From contig JACDOJ010000002.1 in NCBI GenBank assembly GCA_017656135.1, forward strand, positions 65,120 to 129,119: DNA of 64,000 nt. The letters run 5' to 3'. Within the stretch, counting starts at the first letter, position 1; each line of letters starts with the position of its first letter. The stretch comes from Bacillota bacterium. Its GTDB lineage: Bacteria > Bacillota > UBA5301. Under the pieces are notes generated by a model that did not search any database, was not told the DNA's origin, and worked only from the letters and a program-made list of their open reading frames with translations. This document shows positions 49,415 to 61,225 of the stretch, piece after piece. The position numbers were made by a program, and so were the translations under genes.

Positions 49415-50515
49415 GTGAAAAAGACCAAAGGCATCATCCTTCTGGAGGATGGCACCACATTTTCCGGGGAGATAGCCACTTCCAGCGGTGAACCGATCAT
49501 CGGGGAACTGGTCTTCAATACCAACATGGTCGGCTACCAAGAGGTTTTAACTGACCCTTCCTACGCCGGTCAGCTGGTGGTGATGACTTACCCCCTGATC
49601 GGAAACTACGGTGTCTCCCCCCTCTATTCTCAATCCCCCAAGGTTCAGACAAAAGGGCTTATTGTCCGCGAACTGTGGGGAGAGGCTGAATACCGTCCAG
49701 CCAGGATACAGTTGGAGGAGTTTCTGGCCATCCATGGGACTCCGGTGGTCACTGGGGTTGATACCAGAGCTCTCACTAGGCACCTGCGGAAGGCCGGAAC
49801 AATGAAAGGCGTCTGCGCCTCCGCTGAATATTCCCTGGACGAACTGAGGGAGATGTTGGAAGCGGCCCCTGACTTCGGGAGCCTGAACTTTCTTCCGGAG
49901 GTGTCCTGTAGCGAACCTACCTACTACTCTGTCCAAAAAGAATGTGGTAAGATAGCCATCATCGACTTGGGGCTGAAGAAGGGAATCTTACACTCTTTCT
50001 TAGAACGAGGGTATTCAGTGGTCGTTTTGCCCTTTTCAACCACCCCCCAAGAGGTGCTGAGTCTCGATGTAGATGGGGTTCTCTTCTCCAACGGACCTGG
50101 GAACCCGGCTCTCTTGAGAGAACAGGTTCAACTGGCCAAGTCGCTTATCGGGAAGTTGCCGGTCTTCGGCATCTGTCTCGGACACCAGATTATTGCTCTG
50201 GCCTTAGGAGCTAAGACCTACAAACTCAAGTTCGGTCACCGAGGGGGAAACCACCCGGTAAGAGATCTGGAGACCGGAAAGGTCTATATCACCGCCCAGA
50301 ACCACGGGTATGCGGTGGATGAGGAGAGTCTGGCCGGAACCGGGCTTGTGGTCACCCACCGCAATCTCAACGACGATACCGTCGAAGGCTTAGTTCATCA
50401 GTATCTGCCGGTGGTCAGTGTCCAATTCCATCCCGAGGGGAGCCCCGGGACTTTAGATGCAACCCACCTCTTCGATCGGTTCATCCATTACTTACCGGAA
50501 GCAAAAGCCAGTTAA
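49415..50515 (+). CDS. carA: carbamoyl-phosphate synthase small (glutaminase) subunit
   Basis: The GTG start gives 'VKKTKGIILLEDGT', the typical CarA N-terminus. The GATase catalytic motif is 'GICLGHQ'. Confidence 0.85.
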   Translation: MKKTKGIILLEDGTTFSGEIATSSGEPIIGELVFNTNMVGYQEVLTDPSYAGQLVVMTYPLIGNYGVSPLYSQSPKVQTKGLIVRELWGEAEYRPARIQLEEFLAIHGTPVVTGVDTRALTRHLRKAGTMKGVCASAEYSLDELREMLEAAPDFGSLNFLPEVSCSEPTYYSVQKECGKIAIIDLGLKKGILHSFLERGYSVVVLPFSTTPQEVLSLDVDGVLFSNGPGNPALLREQVQLAKSLIGKLPVFGICLGHQIIALALGAKTYKLKFGHRGGNHPVRDLETGKVYITAQNHGYAVDEESLAGTGLVVTHRNLNDDTVEGLVHQYLPVVSVQFHPEGSPGTLDATHLFDRFIHYLPEAKAS

Positions 50516-50542
50516 TGGAAGTAGGGAGGAGCAGCCAGTTTA

Positions 50543-53500
50543 ATGTCCACAGCTAAAACAGTGCACAAGGTCCTGGTTATTGGGTCTGGCCCGATCATCA
50601 TCGGCCAGGCAGCAGAGTTCGATTACGCAGGCACTCAAGCCTGCCGAGCCCTGAAAGAAGAGGGTTTGGAAGTCGTTTTAATTAACAGCAATCCTGCTAC
50701 AATCATGACCGATCTGAACATCGCCGACCGGGTCTATCTGGAACCTTTGACCCTGGAGTATGCCAAACAGGTCATTGAGGAGGAAAGACCCGATGGACTC
50801 CTTCCCACTCTAGGCGGTCAGGTTGGGCTGAACCTGGTGGTAGAGCTCTCTGAGGCCGGCATTTTAGAACGCTACGGGGTTAAGCTTTTAGGAACCCCCT
50901 TGGAGGCAATCCAGAGGGCAGAGGACAGAGAGAAATTTAAGAGAACCATGGAGGAGATCGGTGAACCGGTGCCTCCCTCCAGCATCGTCTCTTCCGTGGA
51001 AGAAGCCAAGGCTTTTGCCGCTAAAGTCGGTTATCCGGTCATTGTACGCCCTGCTTACACCTTGGGAGGGACCGGCGGAGGCATCGCCTCTTCCGCAGCC
51101 GAACTAGAGGAGGTGGCGGCCAGGGGGCTTCACTATAGCCCCATCCACCAGGTCTTAGTGGAAAAAAGCGTCGCCGGCTGGAAGGAAATCGAGTTTGAGG
51201 TTCTCCGGGATGCCAAGGACAACTGTATCGCCGTCTGCAGCATGGAAAATATCGATCCAGTGGGCATCCACACCGGAGATTCTATCGTGGTGGCGCCGGC
51301 TTTAACCTTGAACAATATGGAGTATCAAGTGCTCCGCAGCGCCTCCCTGAAAATCATCCGGGCTCTGGGGATTGAGGGGGGCTGCAATATCCAGTTTGCC
51401 TTGCACCCAGAACGCCTGGAGTACTACCTGATTGAGGTTAATCCAAGGGTTAGCCGGTCTTCAGCCTTAGCCTCCAAGGCCACCGGATATCCCATCGCCA
51501 AGGTGGCCGCTAAGATTGCCGTAGGCCGCGGCCTGGATGAGATCTTGAACCCAGTCACCCAAAAGACCTACGCCTGTTTTGAACCAAGCATTGATTATGT
51601 GGTGGTCAAGTGGCCGAGGTGGCCTTTTGACAAGTTTACGGCCGCTGACACCTCTCTTGGTACCCAGATGAAAGCCACTGGAGAGGTTATGGCTATCGAC
51701 CGTTCTCTGGAAGCCGCTCTCCTCAAGGCCGTTCGTTCCCTGGAAATCGGGACAGAAGGTCTTTGGCTGCCGGAGATCGCCGAGGCTTCCCAAAAGGAGC
51801 TGGAGGAGACTTGCCGGTGCCCGAATCACCTCAGGCTTTTCGCTGTGGCTGAGCTCCTCAGGAGGGGTAAGAGCCTCCAGTGGCTTGCCCAGGAGACTGG
51901 CATCAACGAGTTTTTCTTACGGCGGATTCAAAAAATAGTGGAAATGGAGAACAGCCTCAAAGCTGCCGACGGGGAGCTTTCCGCCGAGTTGCTCTGGTCA
52001 GCTAAACGATTGGGTTTCGCCGACGGGGAGATCGGCCGCTTAGTGGGAAAAAGGCACCAAGAAATCAGGTCTATGCGCTTGGATGTCGGTTTCCGGCCGG
52101 TCTATAAGATGGTGGATACCTGTGCCGGAGAATTCGAGGCTCATACCCCCTACTTCTATTCTACCTACGAGTCGGAAGACGAGGCCCAGTACACTCCCAG
52201 ACCAAAGGTCATTGTTTTGGGCTCGGGTCCGATCCGCATCGGCCAGGGTATAGAGTTCGACTACTGCAGTGTTCACTCGGTCTGGGCTCTGAAGGAAGCG
52301 GGTTTTGACGCCTACATCATCAACAACAATCCAGAGACAGTGAGCACCGATTTTGATACCTCTGACCGCCTCTACTTTGAACCACTGACCCTTGAGGATG
52401 TGCTCAATGTAGTGGATAAAGAGAAGCCGGAGGGTGTGATCGTCCAGTTCGGTGGCCAAACCGCCATTAACCTATCTGTGCCTCTGAAAGAAGCTGGGGT
52501 AAAAATCTTAGGAACCAGTGTGGATTCCATTGACCGGGCTGAAGACCGGGAGCGTTTTGATCAGTTGCTTGGGGATCTGAAGATACCTAGGCCGGCCGGA
52601 GGAACGGCTCGTTCAGTGACAGAGGCCGTTCAGATTGCCGGTAAGATCGGATATCCCGTCTTAGTCAGGCCCTCTTATGTCCTGGGCGGCCGGGCCATGG
52701 AGATTGTCTCCACCGAATCCGAGCTGTTGGAGTATATGACTAACGCCGTCAAGGTCTCTCCCCATCACCCGGTTTTGATCGACAAGTACCTTTTAGGCAG
52801 AGAGATTGAGGTCGATGCCATCTGTGACGGCAGCGAGATTCTCATACCCGGAATCATGGAACACATCGAGCGGGCCGGGGTTCATTCCGGTGACAGCATG
52901 GCGGTCTACCCGGCTTTAGGCCTTGATTCCAAGGTTAAAGACCAGATTGTTGAGTATAGCCGGAAAATCGCCGCTGCCCTGGAAGTTCGGGGCCTAGTAA
53001 ACATCCAATACGTGTTGCACCAGGGGAAACTCTATGTTTTAGAAGTCAACCCCAGGGCCAGTCGGACGATACCGTATTTGAGCAAGGTCACCGGAATTCC
53101 CATGGTCAAGGTAGCCACCGAAACCATCCTGGGCAAAAGCCTACGGGAGCTGGGCTACAAGCCGGGCCTCTGGCCGGAGAAAAGTTTCTATGCCGTCAAA
53201 GTACCGGTCTTCTCCTTTAATAAGCTGGCTGAGGTTGAAACTTCTTTAGGTCCAGAGATGAAGTCCACCGGCGAGGTCTTAGGGGTAGACCCTGACTACT
53301 ATACCGCCTTATACAAGGGGCTAGCCGCAGCCGGAATCAACCTCCGGGAGGTTCCCAAAACGGTGCTGTTGTCGGTGAACGAGCGTTCTAGGCCGGAGTT
53401 GGCAGAGGTGGCCGCTGACCTCACCTCTTTGGGGTTCTCTCTCTTAGCCACCCCGGGAACTGCTGCTTGGCTGGCCAAGCAGGGATTCTCGGTTCAGGAG

Positions 53501-53746
53501 GTTCCAAAAGAAAGCTCACCGGACAGTCCCGTATTCTCTCTGCTCAAGCAGGGGAAAATTGGCATGGTAGTGAATACCACTACCCGAGGCAAAGCCGGTG
53601 AGCGGTTTGGTTTCCGCCTGCGAAGGCGCTGTGCCGAGCTGGGTGTGCCTTGTTTCACTTCCCTGGATACAGCTAAAGCCGCTGTAGAGGCTTTGATCCG
53701 TTCGGTTCCCGAGCCTCGGAGCCGAGCTTTGCAAGCATATCTGTAA
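50543..53746 (+). CDS. carB: carbamoyl-phosphate synthase large subunit
   Basis: 1067 aa with duplicated ATP-grasp domains and a C-terminal MGS-like domain. Confidence 0.95.
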   Translation: MSTAKTVHKVLVIGSGPIIIGQAAEFDYAGTQACRALKEEGLEVVLINSNPATIMTDLNIADRVYLEPLTLEYAKQVIEEERPDGLLPTLGGQVGLNLVVELSEAGILERYGVKLLGTPLEAIQRAEDREKFKRTMEEIGEPVPPSSIVSSVEEAKAFAAKVGYPVIVRPAYTLGGTGGGIASSAAELEEVAARGLHYSPIHQVLVEKSVAGWKEIEFEVLRDAKDNCIAVCSMENIDPVGIHTGDSIVVAPALTLNNMEYQVLRSASLKIIRALGIEGGCNIQFALHPERLEYYLIEVNPRVSRSSALASKATGYPIAKVAAKIAVGRGLDEILNPVTQKTYACFEPSIDYVVVKWPRWPFDKFTAADTSLGTQMKATGEVMAIDRSLEAALLKAVRSLEIGTEGLWLPEIAEASQKELEETCRCPNHLRLFAVAELLRRGKSLQWLAQETGINEFFLRRIQKIVEMENSLKAADGELSAELLWSAKRLGFADGEIGRLVGKRHQEIRSMRLDVGFRPVYKMVDTCAGEFEAHTPYFYSTYESEDEAQYTPRPKVIVLGSGPIRIGQGIEFDYCSVHSVWALKEAGFDAYIINNNPETVSTDFDTSDRLYFEPLTLEDVLNVVDKEKPEGVIVQFGGQTAINLSVPLKEAGVKILGTSVDSIDRAEDRERFDQLLGDLKIPRPAGGTARSVTEAVQIAGKIGYPVLVRPSYVLGGRAMEIVSTESELLEYMTNAVKVSPHHPVLIDKYLLGREIEVDAICDGSEILIPGIMEHIERAGVHSGDSMAVYPALGLDSKVKDQIVEYSRKIAAALEVRGLVNIQYVLHQGKLYVLEVNPRASRTIPYLSKVTGIPMVKVATETILGKSLRELGYKPGLWPEKSFYAVKVPVFSFNKLAEVETSLGPEMKSTGEVLGVDPDYYTALYKGLAAAGINLREVPKTVLLSVNERSRPELAEVAADLTSLGFSLLATPGTAAWLAKQGFSVQEVPKESSPDSPVFSLLKQGKIGMVVNTTTRGKAGERFGFRLRRRCAELGVPCFTSLDTAKAAVEALIRSVPEPRSRALQAYL

Positions 53747-53760
53747 AGGAGGACCAGTCC

Positions 53761-54264
53761 TTGAAGATTGGTGTGGTAATGGGCAGCGATTCAGATTTGG
53801 AGAAGGTAAAGAAGGCCTTTGCGGTCTGGGATGAGCTTGAGGTTGAGTATGAGGTAGATGTAATCTCGGCCCACCGGACCCCGGACCTGGCACTCCGGTA
53901 TGCTGAGACTGCCGAGGAGCGGGGCATAGGTGTGATTGTTGCCGCCGCCGGCTTAGCTGCCCACTTGCCAGGTGTCTTGGCGGCTAAAACGGTTCTGCCC
54001 GTTATTGGGCTACCGGTGGGAGCAGGACCTCTGGCGGGCACTGATGCCCTTTACTCTATAGTGCAAATGCCTCCGGGCATTCCGGTGGCAACAGTTGGTA
54101 TTGATAATCCGGTGAACGCAGCGTACCTTGCGGTCCAGATCCTGGCGGTTTCAGACGGTCGACTCAGGGAGAAGCTGCGCCGGTACCGGCAGGGTCTGGA
54201 AGAGAAAATCCGAGCCAAGAACCAAGGGCTGCGGGTTCAAGGGTTAAAAGGTTTTGTCCGCTAG
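53761..54264 (+). CDS. purE: 5-(carboxyamino)imidazole ribonucleotide mutase / AIR carboxylase catalytic subunit
   Basis: 'KIGVVMGSDSD' and 'SAHRTP'. It starts with TTG, 14 nt after the carB stop. Confidence 0.9.
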   Translation: MKIGVVMGSDSDLEKVKKAFAVWDELEVEYEVDVISAHRTPDLALRYAETAEERGIGVIVAAAGLAAHLPGVLAAKTVLPVIGLPVGAGPLAGTDALYSIVQMPPGIPVATVGIDNPVNAAYLAVQILAVSDGRLREKLRRYRQGLEEKIRAKNQGLRVQGLKGFVR

Positions 54265-54268
54265 AGTA

Positions 54269-54297
54269 TTGACTATTTTGGGATGCTCTGGTAGTAT
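54269..54297 (+). promoter_or_regulatory. sigma-A promoter (TTGACT-17-TAGTAT) for purB..purH transcript
   Basis: Read directly. It lies immediately downstream of the purE stop. Confidence 0.55.
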
Positions 54298-54324
54298 GAA
54301 AACGTCCAAGTGAATATGATGAAG

Positions 54325-54455
54325 TGCACCTAGGGTTCCGCTGGTATTCCAGGTCTGGTCCAAGTGGTGCAGGCGCCTCTGGCGCTACACCCTAGAGGGA
54401 TAAAAGCCCGGGCGGGTAGGTTCGAGTATGTGACCTACTCGCCTTCTGTTTTTTC
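54325..54455 (+). promoter_or_regulatory. ykkC-family riboswitch aptamer (subtype 2, probably PRPP-sensing) plus intrinsic terminator expression platform
   Basis: 'CTAGGGTTCCG...GGTCTGGTCCAAG...GCGCTACACCCTAGAGGGATAAAAG' matches the ykkC core, with 'GTCCAAG' instead of the guanidine-I 'GTCCGAGAG'. Terminator 'GTAGGTtcgagtatgtgACCTAC' plus a T-tract at 54415-54452. It sits upstream of purB-purH. Confidence 0.6.
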
Positions 54456-54484
54456 TGGGGTGAACTATCAAACTGCAGGAGGAG

Positions 54485-55885
54485 ATGTGTTTGGAGCGGG
54501 AGATCTTTGCCAACATTAGTCCGTTGGACCACCGGTATTCGGTGGGCAATGAAGAACTCTGGCAGCGGATGTCCGACTATCTCTCGGAGGAAGCGGCCAT
54601 CAGGTATCTGGCTAAGGTAGAGGCGGCTTTGGCCAAGGCCTTGGCGGCCCAAGGAGTTGCCCCCGAGGAGGCGGCAGAAGAGATCAGCCGGGCAGCCGGG
54701 GAAGTCAGGCCGGAAGAGGTCATCGCTGAGGAAGCCAAAACCAGGCACAACATCAGAGCCCTGGTCAACGTCATTCAGGCTAAGGTCAGTCCACAGGTCC
54801 GGCCCTGGGTTCACTTCACGGCTACCTCAGCTGACATCATCGACAGCGCCAATGCCTTGAGGTACAAGGAATTTACCAGAGATGTTCTCTTGCCCCAGTT
54901 GAAAGAGTTAATCGGCACTTTAGTTGAAATGGCCCAGCGGGAAAAAGACACTCTCCAGGTGGGCCGGACCCACGGCCAGCATGCAGTTCCGATTACCTTT
55001 GGGTACTACTTGGCCGGGTACGTCCAGCGCCTAGGCACGAGTTACCAGCGCATCCAAGAGGCGGCCGAAAACCTGCGGGGCAAGATGGCCGGAGCGGTGG
55101 GAGCCTACAATGCCTCCTCCTTAGTAGTGGAGGATCCCCTGGCTTTGGAGGAGCAGGTCATGGCGGAGTTGGGTATAAAGGCTTCACCCTTTGCCACCCA
55201 AGTGGTGGAGGCCGAGTACATGTTGGCCCTGATGCACGAGTACGTCACTTGCCTGGGAATTTTGGCCAACTTCGCTGATGACATGCGCCACTTGCAGCGT
55301 ACCGAAATTGGCGAGGTGGGTGAGTATTTCGCCCCTGAGCAGGTGGGTTCATCGACCATGCCCCATAAACGCAACCCCTGGAACTACGAGCACGTCAAAT
55401 CCCTTTGGAAAACCTTCCTGCCTCGAATTATGACCGTCTACATGGATCAAATATCCGAACATCAGCGTGACCTCTCTAATAGCGCCAGTTCCCGTTTCCT
55501 GGCTGAACTCGCCGCCGGATGTGTGCTGGCCATGAACCGTCTGAACCAAGTCACCAAAAAGCTTAGAGTCGATGCGGAGGCCATGCGGAGGAATTTCGCT
55601 GCATCCGCTCGCATGATTGTGGCTGAACCCTTGTATATCCTACTGGCTTCCAAAGGCCATCCTGATGCCCATGAGGCTGTGCGGGTTTTAACCCTGGAAG
55701 CGGAGAAGACCGGCCGACCAGTGGTGGAGCTGGCCAAGTCCAAGGCCGAGCTCGAACCGTATCTGGCCCAGTTAACTACTGAACAGTGGAAAGTTCTGGA
55801 GGATCCGGCAGCCTACACGGGTCAGGCCGCCCGCAAAACTGAGCTTATCTGCAACCACTGGATTAGTCAGCTGAACATATCATAA
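54485..55885 (+). CDS. purB: adenylosuccinate lyase
   Basis: Fumarate-lyase family with 'SSTMPHKRNP'. The start is ATG 54485 or TTG 54491. Confidence 0.9.
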   Translation: MCLEREIFANISPLDHRYSVGNEELWQRMSDYLSEEAAIRYLAKVEAALAKALAAQGVAPEEAAEEISRAAGEVRPEEVIAEEAKTRHNIRALVNVIQAKVSPQVRPWVHFTATSADIIDSANALRYKEFTRDVLLPQLKELIGTLVEMAQREKDTLQVGRTHGQHAVPITFGYYLAGYVQRLGTSYQRIQEAAENLRGKMAGAVGAYNASSLVVEDPLALEEQVMAELGIKASPFATQVVEAEYMLALMHEYVTCLGILANFADDMRHLQRTEIGEVGEYFAPEQVGSSTMPHKRNPWNYEHVKSLWKTFLPRIMTVYMDQISEHQRDLSNSASSRFLAELAAGCVLAMNRLNQVTKKLRVDAEAMRRNFAASARMIVAEPLYILLASKGHPDAHEAVRVLTLEAEKTGRPVVELAKSKAELEPYLAQLTTEQWKVLEDPAAYTGQAARKTELICNHWISQLNIS

Positions 55886-55907
55886 GAGCCTGGAGGGGGA
55901 GAAAACC

Positions 55908-56621
55908 ATGGAAACAGTAGAAAAAAGGGAACAGCTTTACGAAGGTAAGGCCAAGATCATTTACCAGACCGAGAACCCCGACTACGTCATTATCCACTAC
56001 AAGGATGATGCCACCGCCTTTAACGGGGCGAAAAAAGAGAGCATCCCTGGTAAGGGCGAACTGAACGCCAAGATATCCTCGGTCTTCTTTGAACTCTTGC
56101 ACTCTAAAGGTATACCTACCCACTTCGTGCGCCAGCTGAACGACCACGAACTTTTGGTCCGCAAACTGGAGATCATCCCGGTAGAAGTGGTGATCCGCAA
56201 CATTGCAGCCGGCAGCCTGGTACGGCGGCTAGGTTTAAAGGAGGGCACAAAACTTCCCTTTGTAATCCGAGAGTTCTACTACAAAGATGATGCTTTGGGC
56301 GACCCTCTGGTCAACGAGTACCATCTTCAGGCGATGGGCGTTGCCACCTTTGAACAGCTCTCTGAACTCAGTAGACAAGCCCTGGAGATCAACCGGGTCC
56401 TCCGGGAATTCTTGAGACAGCACCAATTGGACCTGGTCGATTTCAAGCTGGAGTTCGGAATCTTCAACGGCCAGATTCTTCTCGGGGACGAAATCTCACC
56501 TGATACCTGCCGGTTCTGGGATACCGAGACCCATGAAAAACTGGATAAAGACCGTTTTCGCGAGGACCTTGGCGGTTTGACTGAAGCCTACAGCGAGGTC
56601 TACCGCCGGATTATCGGCTAA
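55908..56621 (+). CDS. purC: SAICAR synthetase
   Basis: 'LYEGKAKIIY'. Confidence 0.9.
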   Translation: METVEKREQLYEGKAKIIYQTENPDYVIIHYKDDATAFNGAKKESIPGKGELNAKISSVFFELLHSKGIPTHFVRQLNDHELLVRKLEIIPVEVVIRNIAAGSLVRRLGLKEGTKLPFVIREFYYKDDALGDPLVNEYHLQAMGVATFEQLSELSRQALEINRVLREFLRQHQLDLVDFKLEFGIFNGQILLGDEISPDTCRFWDTETHEKLDKDRFREDLGGLTEAYSEVYRRIIG

Positions 56622-56634
56622 GGGGGAAAGGGAC

Positions 56635-56901
56635 GTGTATAAAGCTGAGATCAAAGTCATGTTGAAACCCGGAGTGCTGGATCCCCAAGGCAAGGCTGTG
56701 GCCGGCGGACTCAGCTCTATGGGTTACAACCAGGTGGAGTCCGTCCGGGTCGGCAAGTACATCGAAGTTTTTTTGAGGGCAGATTCCCAGGCGGATGCTG
56801 AGAGGCAGGTGGCTGAAATGACCCACCGCCTTCTGGCTAATCCGGTCATCGAAACCTACCAGTACACTCTGGTGCCGGTGGAAAGCGAGGAGGTCTCATG
56901 A
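56635..56901 (+). CDS. purS: FGAM synthase PurS subunit
   Basis: 88 aa protein immediately before purQ. Confidence 0.85.
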   Translation: MYKAEIKVMLKPGVLDPQGKAVAGGLSSMGYNQVESVRVGKYIEVFLRADSQADAERQVAEMTHRLLANPVIETYQYTLVPVESEEVS

Positions 56902-57596
56902 AAATCGGAATCGTGGTCTATCCAGGCTCCAACTGTGACCGGGACTGCCAGCATGTTTTAGCCGATGTGTTGGGGTTGGATGCCGAGCTGATCTGGCACG
57001 ATCGTACCGACCTTGCCAAATATGACGCCCTAATATTGCCGGGGGGCTTCAGCTACGGGGATTATCTTCGCTCAGGTGCCATCGCCCGGTTCTCTCCGGT
57101 TACCGAAAGTGTTATAAGCGCCGCACAAAAAGGCGTGCCGGTCCTAGGGATCTGTAATGGGTTTCAGGTGCTCCTGGAGGCCGGCCTGCTCCCAGGGGCG
57201 ATGCTGGTTAACGACTCTCTACACTTTCGCTGTCACTCCCAGTACGTCAGGGTAGAGAGGGACCATACTCCCTTCACTTACGGGATTGAGCCGGGAACCG
57301 TTCTGGAGATGCCGGTGGCTCACGGCGAGGGCAACTACTATCTGGACCCGGTGGACCTGGCCGAGTTGGAAGAGAAGGGGCAAGTGATTTTCAGGTACGT
57401 GGATGCTGAGGGAAGGGCCACACCGGAGGCTAATCCCAACGGCTCCGTGAACAACATCGCCGGCATCTGCAACGAACAGGGAAATGTAGTGGGCCTAATG
57501 CCCCACCCTGAGCGGGCCTCAGAGGCCATTTTGGGATCAGCTGACGGTCTAAAGGTCTTTCAAGCATTAATTAAGTTCTGGGAGGCTGGCCAATGA
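56898..57596 (+). CDS. purQ: FGAM synthase glutaminase subunit
   Basis: 'LGICNGFQ' GATase motif. Confidence 0.9.
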   Translation: MKIGIVVYPGSNCDRDCQHVLADVLGLDAELIWHDRTDLAKYDALILPGGFSYGDYLRSGAIARFSPVTESVISAAQKGVPVLGICNGFQVLLEAGLLPGAMLVNDSLHFRCHSQYVRVERDHTPFTYGIEPGTVLEMPVAHGEGNYYLDPVDLAELEEKGQVIFRYVDAEGRATPEANPNGSVNNIAGICNEQGNVVGLMPHPERASEAILGSADGLKVFQALIKFWEAGQ

Positions 57597-59842
57597 AGGA
57601 ACCTACTCTTACGGAAATTAAAGAAAACCGGCTCTGGCGCTCCATGGGCTTAAGCGATGAGGAGTACCAAAAGATCTGTGAAACCTTGCAGAGGGAGCCT
57701 AACTACACCGAGCTGGGTATGTATGCGGTCCTCTGGTCGGAGCACTGCGCCTACAAACACACCCGCCCCTTCTTCAAGCTCTTTCCGACCAGCGGGGAAC
57801 GTATCCTCCAAGGCCCCGGAGAGAACGCTGGGATAGTGGATATTGGTGACGGTTGGGCTGTGGTCTTCAAGGTGGAGAGCCACAACCACCCTTCGGCCAT
57901 CGAACCCTACGAGGGGGCGGCCACCGGTGTCGGCGGTATCCTCCGGGACATCTTCACCATGGGGGCGAGGCCTATAGCCTGCCTCAACTCCCTGCGTTTC
58001 GGTGAGCTAGCCAATGATCGGGTTAAACACTTGGTCAAAGGAGTGGTTTCCGGAATCGCCGGCTACGGAAACGCTGTGGGGGTCCCCACAGTAGGAGGCG
58101 AGGTCTACTTCGATCAGGGCTACGCCGGAAACCCATTGGTCAATGTGATGGCCGTCGGTCTGGTCCGGCACGAGCAGATCACTAAAGCGGTAGCTTCAGG
58201 TGTCGGTAATCCGGTGATGGTGGTTGGCTCCTACACCGGCCGGGATGGCATCCACGGCGCCACTTTTGCCTCTGAGGAGTTGACTGAGGAATCCGAGGAG
58301 CGGCGGCCAGCGGTTCAGGTGGGCGACCCCTTCACTGAGAAGCTCTTGATCGAAGCCTGCCTGGAACTGATCAGCTCAGGGGTAGTCGTAGGCATCCAAG
58401 ACATGGGGGCAGCGGGTTTGACCAGCTCAGCTTGTGAGATGGCCAGCCGTTCCGGCAGCGGTATCGAGATGGATATCTCCTTGGTCCCCAGGCGGGAAGC
58501 GGGAATGACCCCCTATGAAGTCATGCTCTCCGAGTCTCAGGAGCGAATGCTGGTGGTCCCCAAGGACGGTTCGGAGGAACAGGTGAAGGCGATTTTTGCC
58601 AAATACGGCTTGCCGGCAGTAGTGGTCGGCAGGGTCACCGACGACGGTATGATCCGCATCTATGACGGGGAGAAGTTGGTCGCGGAAGTTCCGGCCAAAT
58701 CCCTCTCCACCGACGGAGCACCGGTATACCTCCGGGAAGGGAAGCGCCCTGCTTATTTAGACGAGGCACACAGCTTCGATCCGGAGATCCTGCCGCTAAA
58801 ATCCGATTACACCGCCGATCTTTTGAAACTGTTGGAGTCGCCGACCATTGCCAGCAAAGAATGGATTTACCGGCAGTATGACCACATGGTTCAGCTCAAC
58901 ACAGTAGTTCCCCCGGGTCCGGCCGATGCCGCCGTCCTGAGGGTGAAAGGGACCACCAAGGGCATTGCAGTGACCATCGACGGCAATGGCCGCCAGGTGT
59001 ACTTGGATCCTTACCAGGGTGCAATGGCTGTGGTGGCCGAAGCCGCCCGGAATCTGATTTGCTGTGGTGCGGAGCCTATCGGACTCACCGACGGCCTGAA
59101 TTTTGGAAACCCGGAAAGGCCTGAGGTGTACTGGCAGTTGGAGCAGGCCATCAAGGGGCTGGCCGATGCCGCCAGGTTCTTAGGCATCCCAGTCACCGGT
59201 GGAAACGCAAGCTTATACAATGAGTCCTCTGGGGAGGCCATCTATCCTACGCCCATCGTCGGTATGGTCGGTCTTTTGGAAGACATCAGTACCAGACTCA
59301 CCAGCTCCTTCAAAGAGGTCGGGGATGTTATCGCCTTGCTGGGCTGGCCCGGCAGCGAGCTAGGGGGCAGCGAGTATCTGAAACTCGTGAACCCGATACC
59401 GGTGGGCAAACCACCTCGGGTGGACCTCGCCCGGGAAAAGGCGCTCCAGAAGGTGATGCTGGAAGCTGCCGGAGAAAGGCTTTTAAAGAGCGCTCACGAC
59501 ATCTCTGAAGGCGGACTCGCCGTCTGTGTGGCCGAATCCTGTCTGCAAGGTGGTTTAGGCGCCGAAATTGAGCTGCCCTGGGAAGGACGCCCTGATGCCC
59601 TGCTCTTTGCCGAATCCGGTGCCCGCATCGTGGTTTCTCTCAAAGGGGAAAACTGGGCTCGCCTGCAGCAGATTGCGAGTGAGAGCGGCGTCCCCCTGAC
59701 CCGTTTGGGCCAGGTTCAGGGATCGGAGATCCAGTTTCGCCATACCGGAGTCGAGCACCCGCTGATCACGGTATCAGTGCGACAAGCCAAGGATGTTTGG
59801 AAGATGGCGCTGGAGAAGGCGCTTTTGGCTGAAAGGGGTTAG
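57593..59842 (+). CDS. purL: FGAM synthase large subunit
   Basis: 749 aa with duplicated PurM-like domains. Confidence 0.9.
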   Translation: MKEPTLTEIKENRLWRSMGLSDEEYQKICETLQREPNYTELGMYAVLWSEHCAYKHTRPFFKLFPTSGERILQGPGENAGIVDIGDGWAVVFKVESHNHPSAIEPYEGAATGVGGILRDIFTMGARPIACLNSLRFGELANDRVKHLVKGVVSGIAGYGNAVGVPTVGGEVYFDQGYAGNPLVNVMAVGLVRHEQITKAVASGVGNPVMVVGSYTGRDGIHGATFASEELTEESEERRPAVQVGDPFTEKLLIEACLELISSGVVVGIQDMGAAGLTSSACEMASRSGSGIEMDISLVPRREAGMTPYEVMLSESQERMLVVPKDGSEEQVKAIFAKYGLPAVVVGRVTDDGMIRIYDGEKLVAEVPAKSLSTDGAPVYLREGKRPAYLDEAHSFDPEILPLKSDYTADLLKLLESPTIASKEWIYRQYDHMVQLNTVVPPGPADAAVLRVKGTTKGIAVTIDGNGRQVYLDPYQGAMAVVAEAARNLICCGAEPIGLTDGLNFGNPERPEVYWQLEQAIKGLADAARFLGIPVTGGNASLYNESSGEAIYPTPIVGMVGLLEDISTRLTSSFKEVGDVIALLGWPGSELGGSEYLKLVNPIPVGKPPRVDLAREKALQKVMLEAAGERLLKSAHDISEGGLAVCVAESCLQGGLGAEIELPWEGRPDALLFAESGARIVVSLKGENWARLQQIASESGVPLTRLGQVQGSEIQFRHTGVEHPLITVSVRQAKDVWKMALEKALLAERG

Positions 59843-59848
59843 AAGAGT

Positions 59849-61225
59849 ATGTGTGGAGTTTTCGGGGTTTTCTTAGAGGAGAGCCAGGAGGCGGCCAGAT
59901 ATACTTACTTAGGTTTATACGCCCTGCAGCACCGAGGCCAGGAGTCTTGCGGAGTGGTGACCTCCGATGGTTCCTTCTTAAGAACCCACAAGGATATGGG
60001 CTTGGTCTCTGAGGTTTTCAATGAGGAAGTCCTCGCGGGGCTCCCGGGGCGCATCGGCATCGGACATGTCCGCTACTCCACTACTGGGGAATCCAGTATC
60101 CTCAACGCTCAGCCTCTGGTAGTTCGGACTCGCTACGGCACTGTGGCCTTGGCCCACAACGGCAACCTGGTCAATTCCTCTCTGTTAGAAAAAGAGCTGC
60201 AGCAGGATGGGGCGGTCTTTCAAAGCACCACAGACACTGAGATTATCCTCAACTTAATTGCCAAAACCAAGGCCAAGAACTTGGAGGAGGCGGTCATCAA
60301 AGCCTGTCGACACCTCAAAGGCTCCTTTGCCCTGACCATCATGACCGATGACACCCTCATCGGTATCCGGGATCCCTTAGGAATCAGGCCCCTCTGCTTG
60401 GGACGTTTGGACCGGGGTTACGTTCTGGCTTCTGAATCCTGCGCTTTGACCAGCGTAGGAGCGGAGTACGTCCGGGAAGTGCTACCCGGCGAAATGATCG
60501 TCATCGGGCCAGGAGGGTTTAACTCGTACTACTACGGCGGACACGGCTCGGAGACCCTGTGCATCTTTGAATACATCTATTTCGCCCGCCCCGACTCGGT
60601 GTTGAGCGGTAAGAACGTCTATAAGGTTCGGACCAGGATCGGAGCTGAGCTGGCCCGGGAGCACCCAATTGAGGCTGATGTGGTGGTGCCGGCGCCTGAT
60701 TCAGGGGTAGCTGCGGCCTTGGGTTTTTCCAAGGAGAGCGGGATCCCCTATGATTACGGTTTAATTAAAAACAGATACGTAGGCAGGACCTTCATCCAAC
60801 CCAGCCAGGGGCTGAGGGATTTGGGGGTCAAGATTAAGCTTAACCCGGTCCCTTCGGTGCTGAAAGGCAAGAGGGTCGTTTTAATCGATGACTCTGTTGT
60901 CCGGGGTACAACCAGTGCCAACACTGTGCGCCTCCTTAAAGAAGCCGGTGCCAGGGAGGTCCACTTATATGTGGCCTCGCCCCCTTACATTAAACCCTGC
61001 TACTACGGTATCGATACCTCTTCAGAAGAAGAGCTTTTGGCGGCCAAGTACTCCTTGGATAAAATCAGTGAGCGCATCGGGGCCGACAGTGTCACCTATC
61101 TCTCTTTAGAAGGCCTGGAAAAGGCGGTCGGCACCGGGGCCGATCAAATGTGCCGGGCCTGTTTCACCGGGAGGTATCCGGTTCCGGTGGTTTTGGAAAG
61201 CGAGGTTAAGGTCAGGTGTTCATGA
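59849..61225 (+). CDS. purF: amidophosphoribosyltransferase
   Basis: 'MCGVFGVF' N-terminal Cys and the PRT motif 'VVLIDDSVVRGTT'. Confidence 0.95.
   Translation: MCGVFGVFLEESQEAARYTYLGLYALQHRGQESCGVVTSDGSFLRTHKDMGLVSEVFNEEVLAGLPGRIGIGHVRYSTTGESSILNAQPLVVRTRYGTVALAHNGNLVNSSLLEKELQQDGAVFQSTTDTEIILNLIAKTKAKNLEEAVIKACRHLKGSFALTIMTDDTLIGIRDPLGIRPLCLGRLDRGYVLASESCALTSVGAEYVREVLPGEMIVIGPGGFNSYYYGGHGSETLCIFEYIYFARPDSVLSGKNVYKVRTRIGAELAREHPIEADVVVPAPDSGVAAALGFSKESGIPYDYGLIKNRYVGRTFIQPSQGLRDLGVKIKLNPVPSVLKGKRVVLIDDSVVRGTTSANTVRLLKEAGAREVHLYVASPPYIKPCYYGIDTSSEEELLAAKYSLDKISERIGADSVTYLSLEGLEKAVGTGADQMCRACFTGRYPVPVVLESEVKVRCS

Noticed and set aside
54304-54326. Possible tandem guanine aptamer upstream of the ykkC-like element
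   Set aside because: Only about 20 nt separate the TSS and the ykkC P1 stem. No purine-riboswitch core (UAUA...GGAUAUGG...CCGUAAAU) is present.
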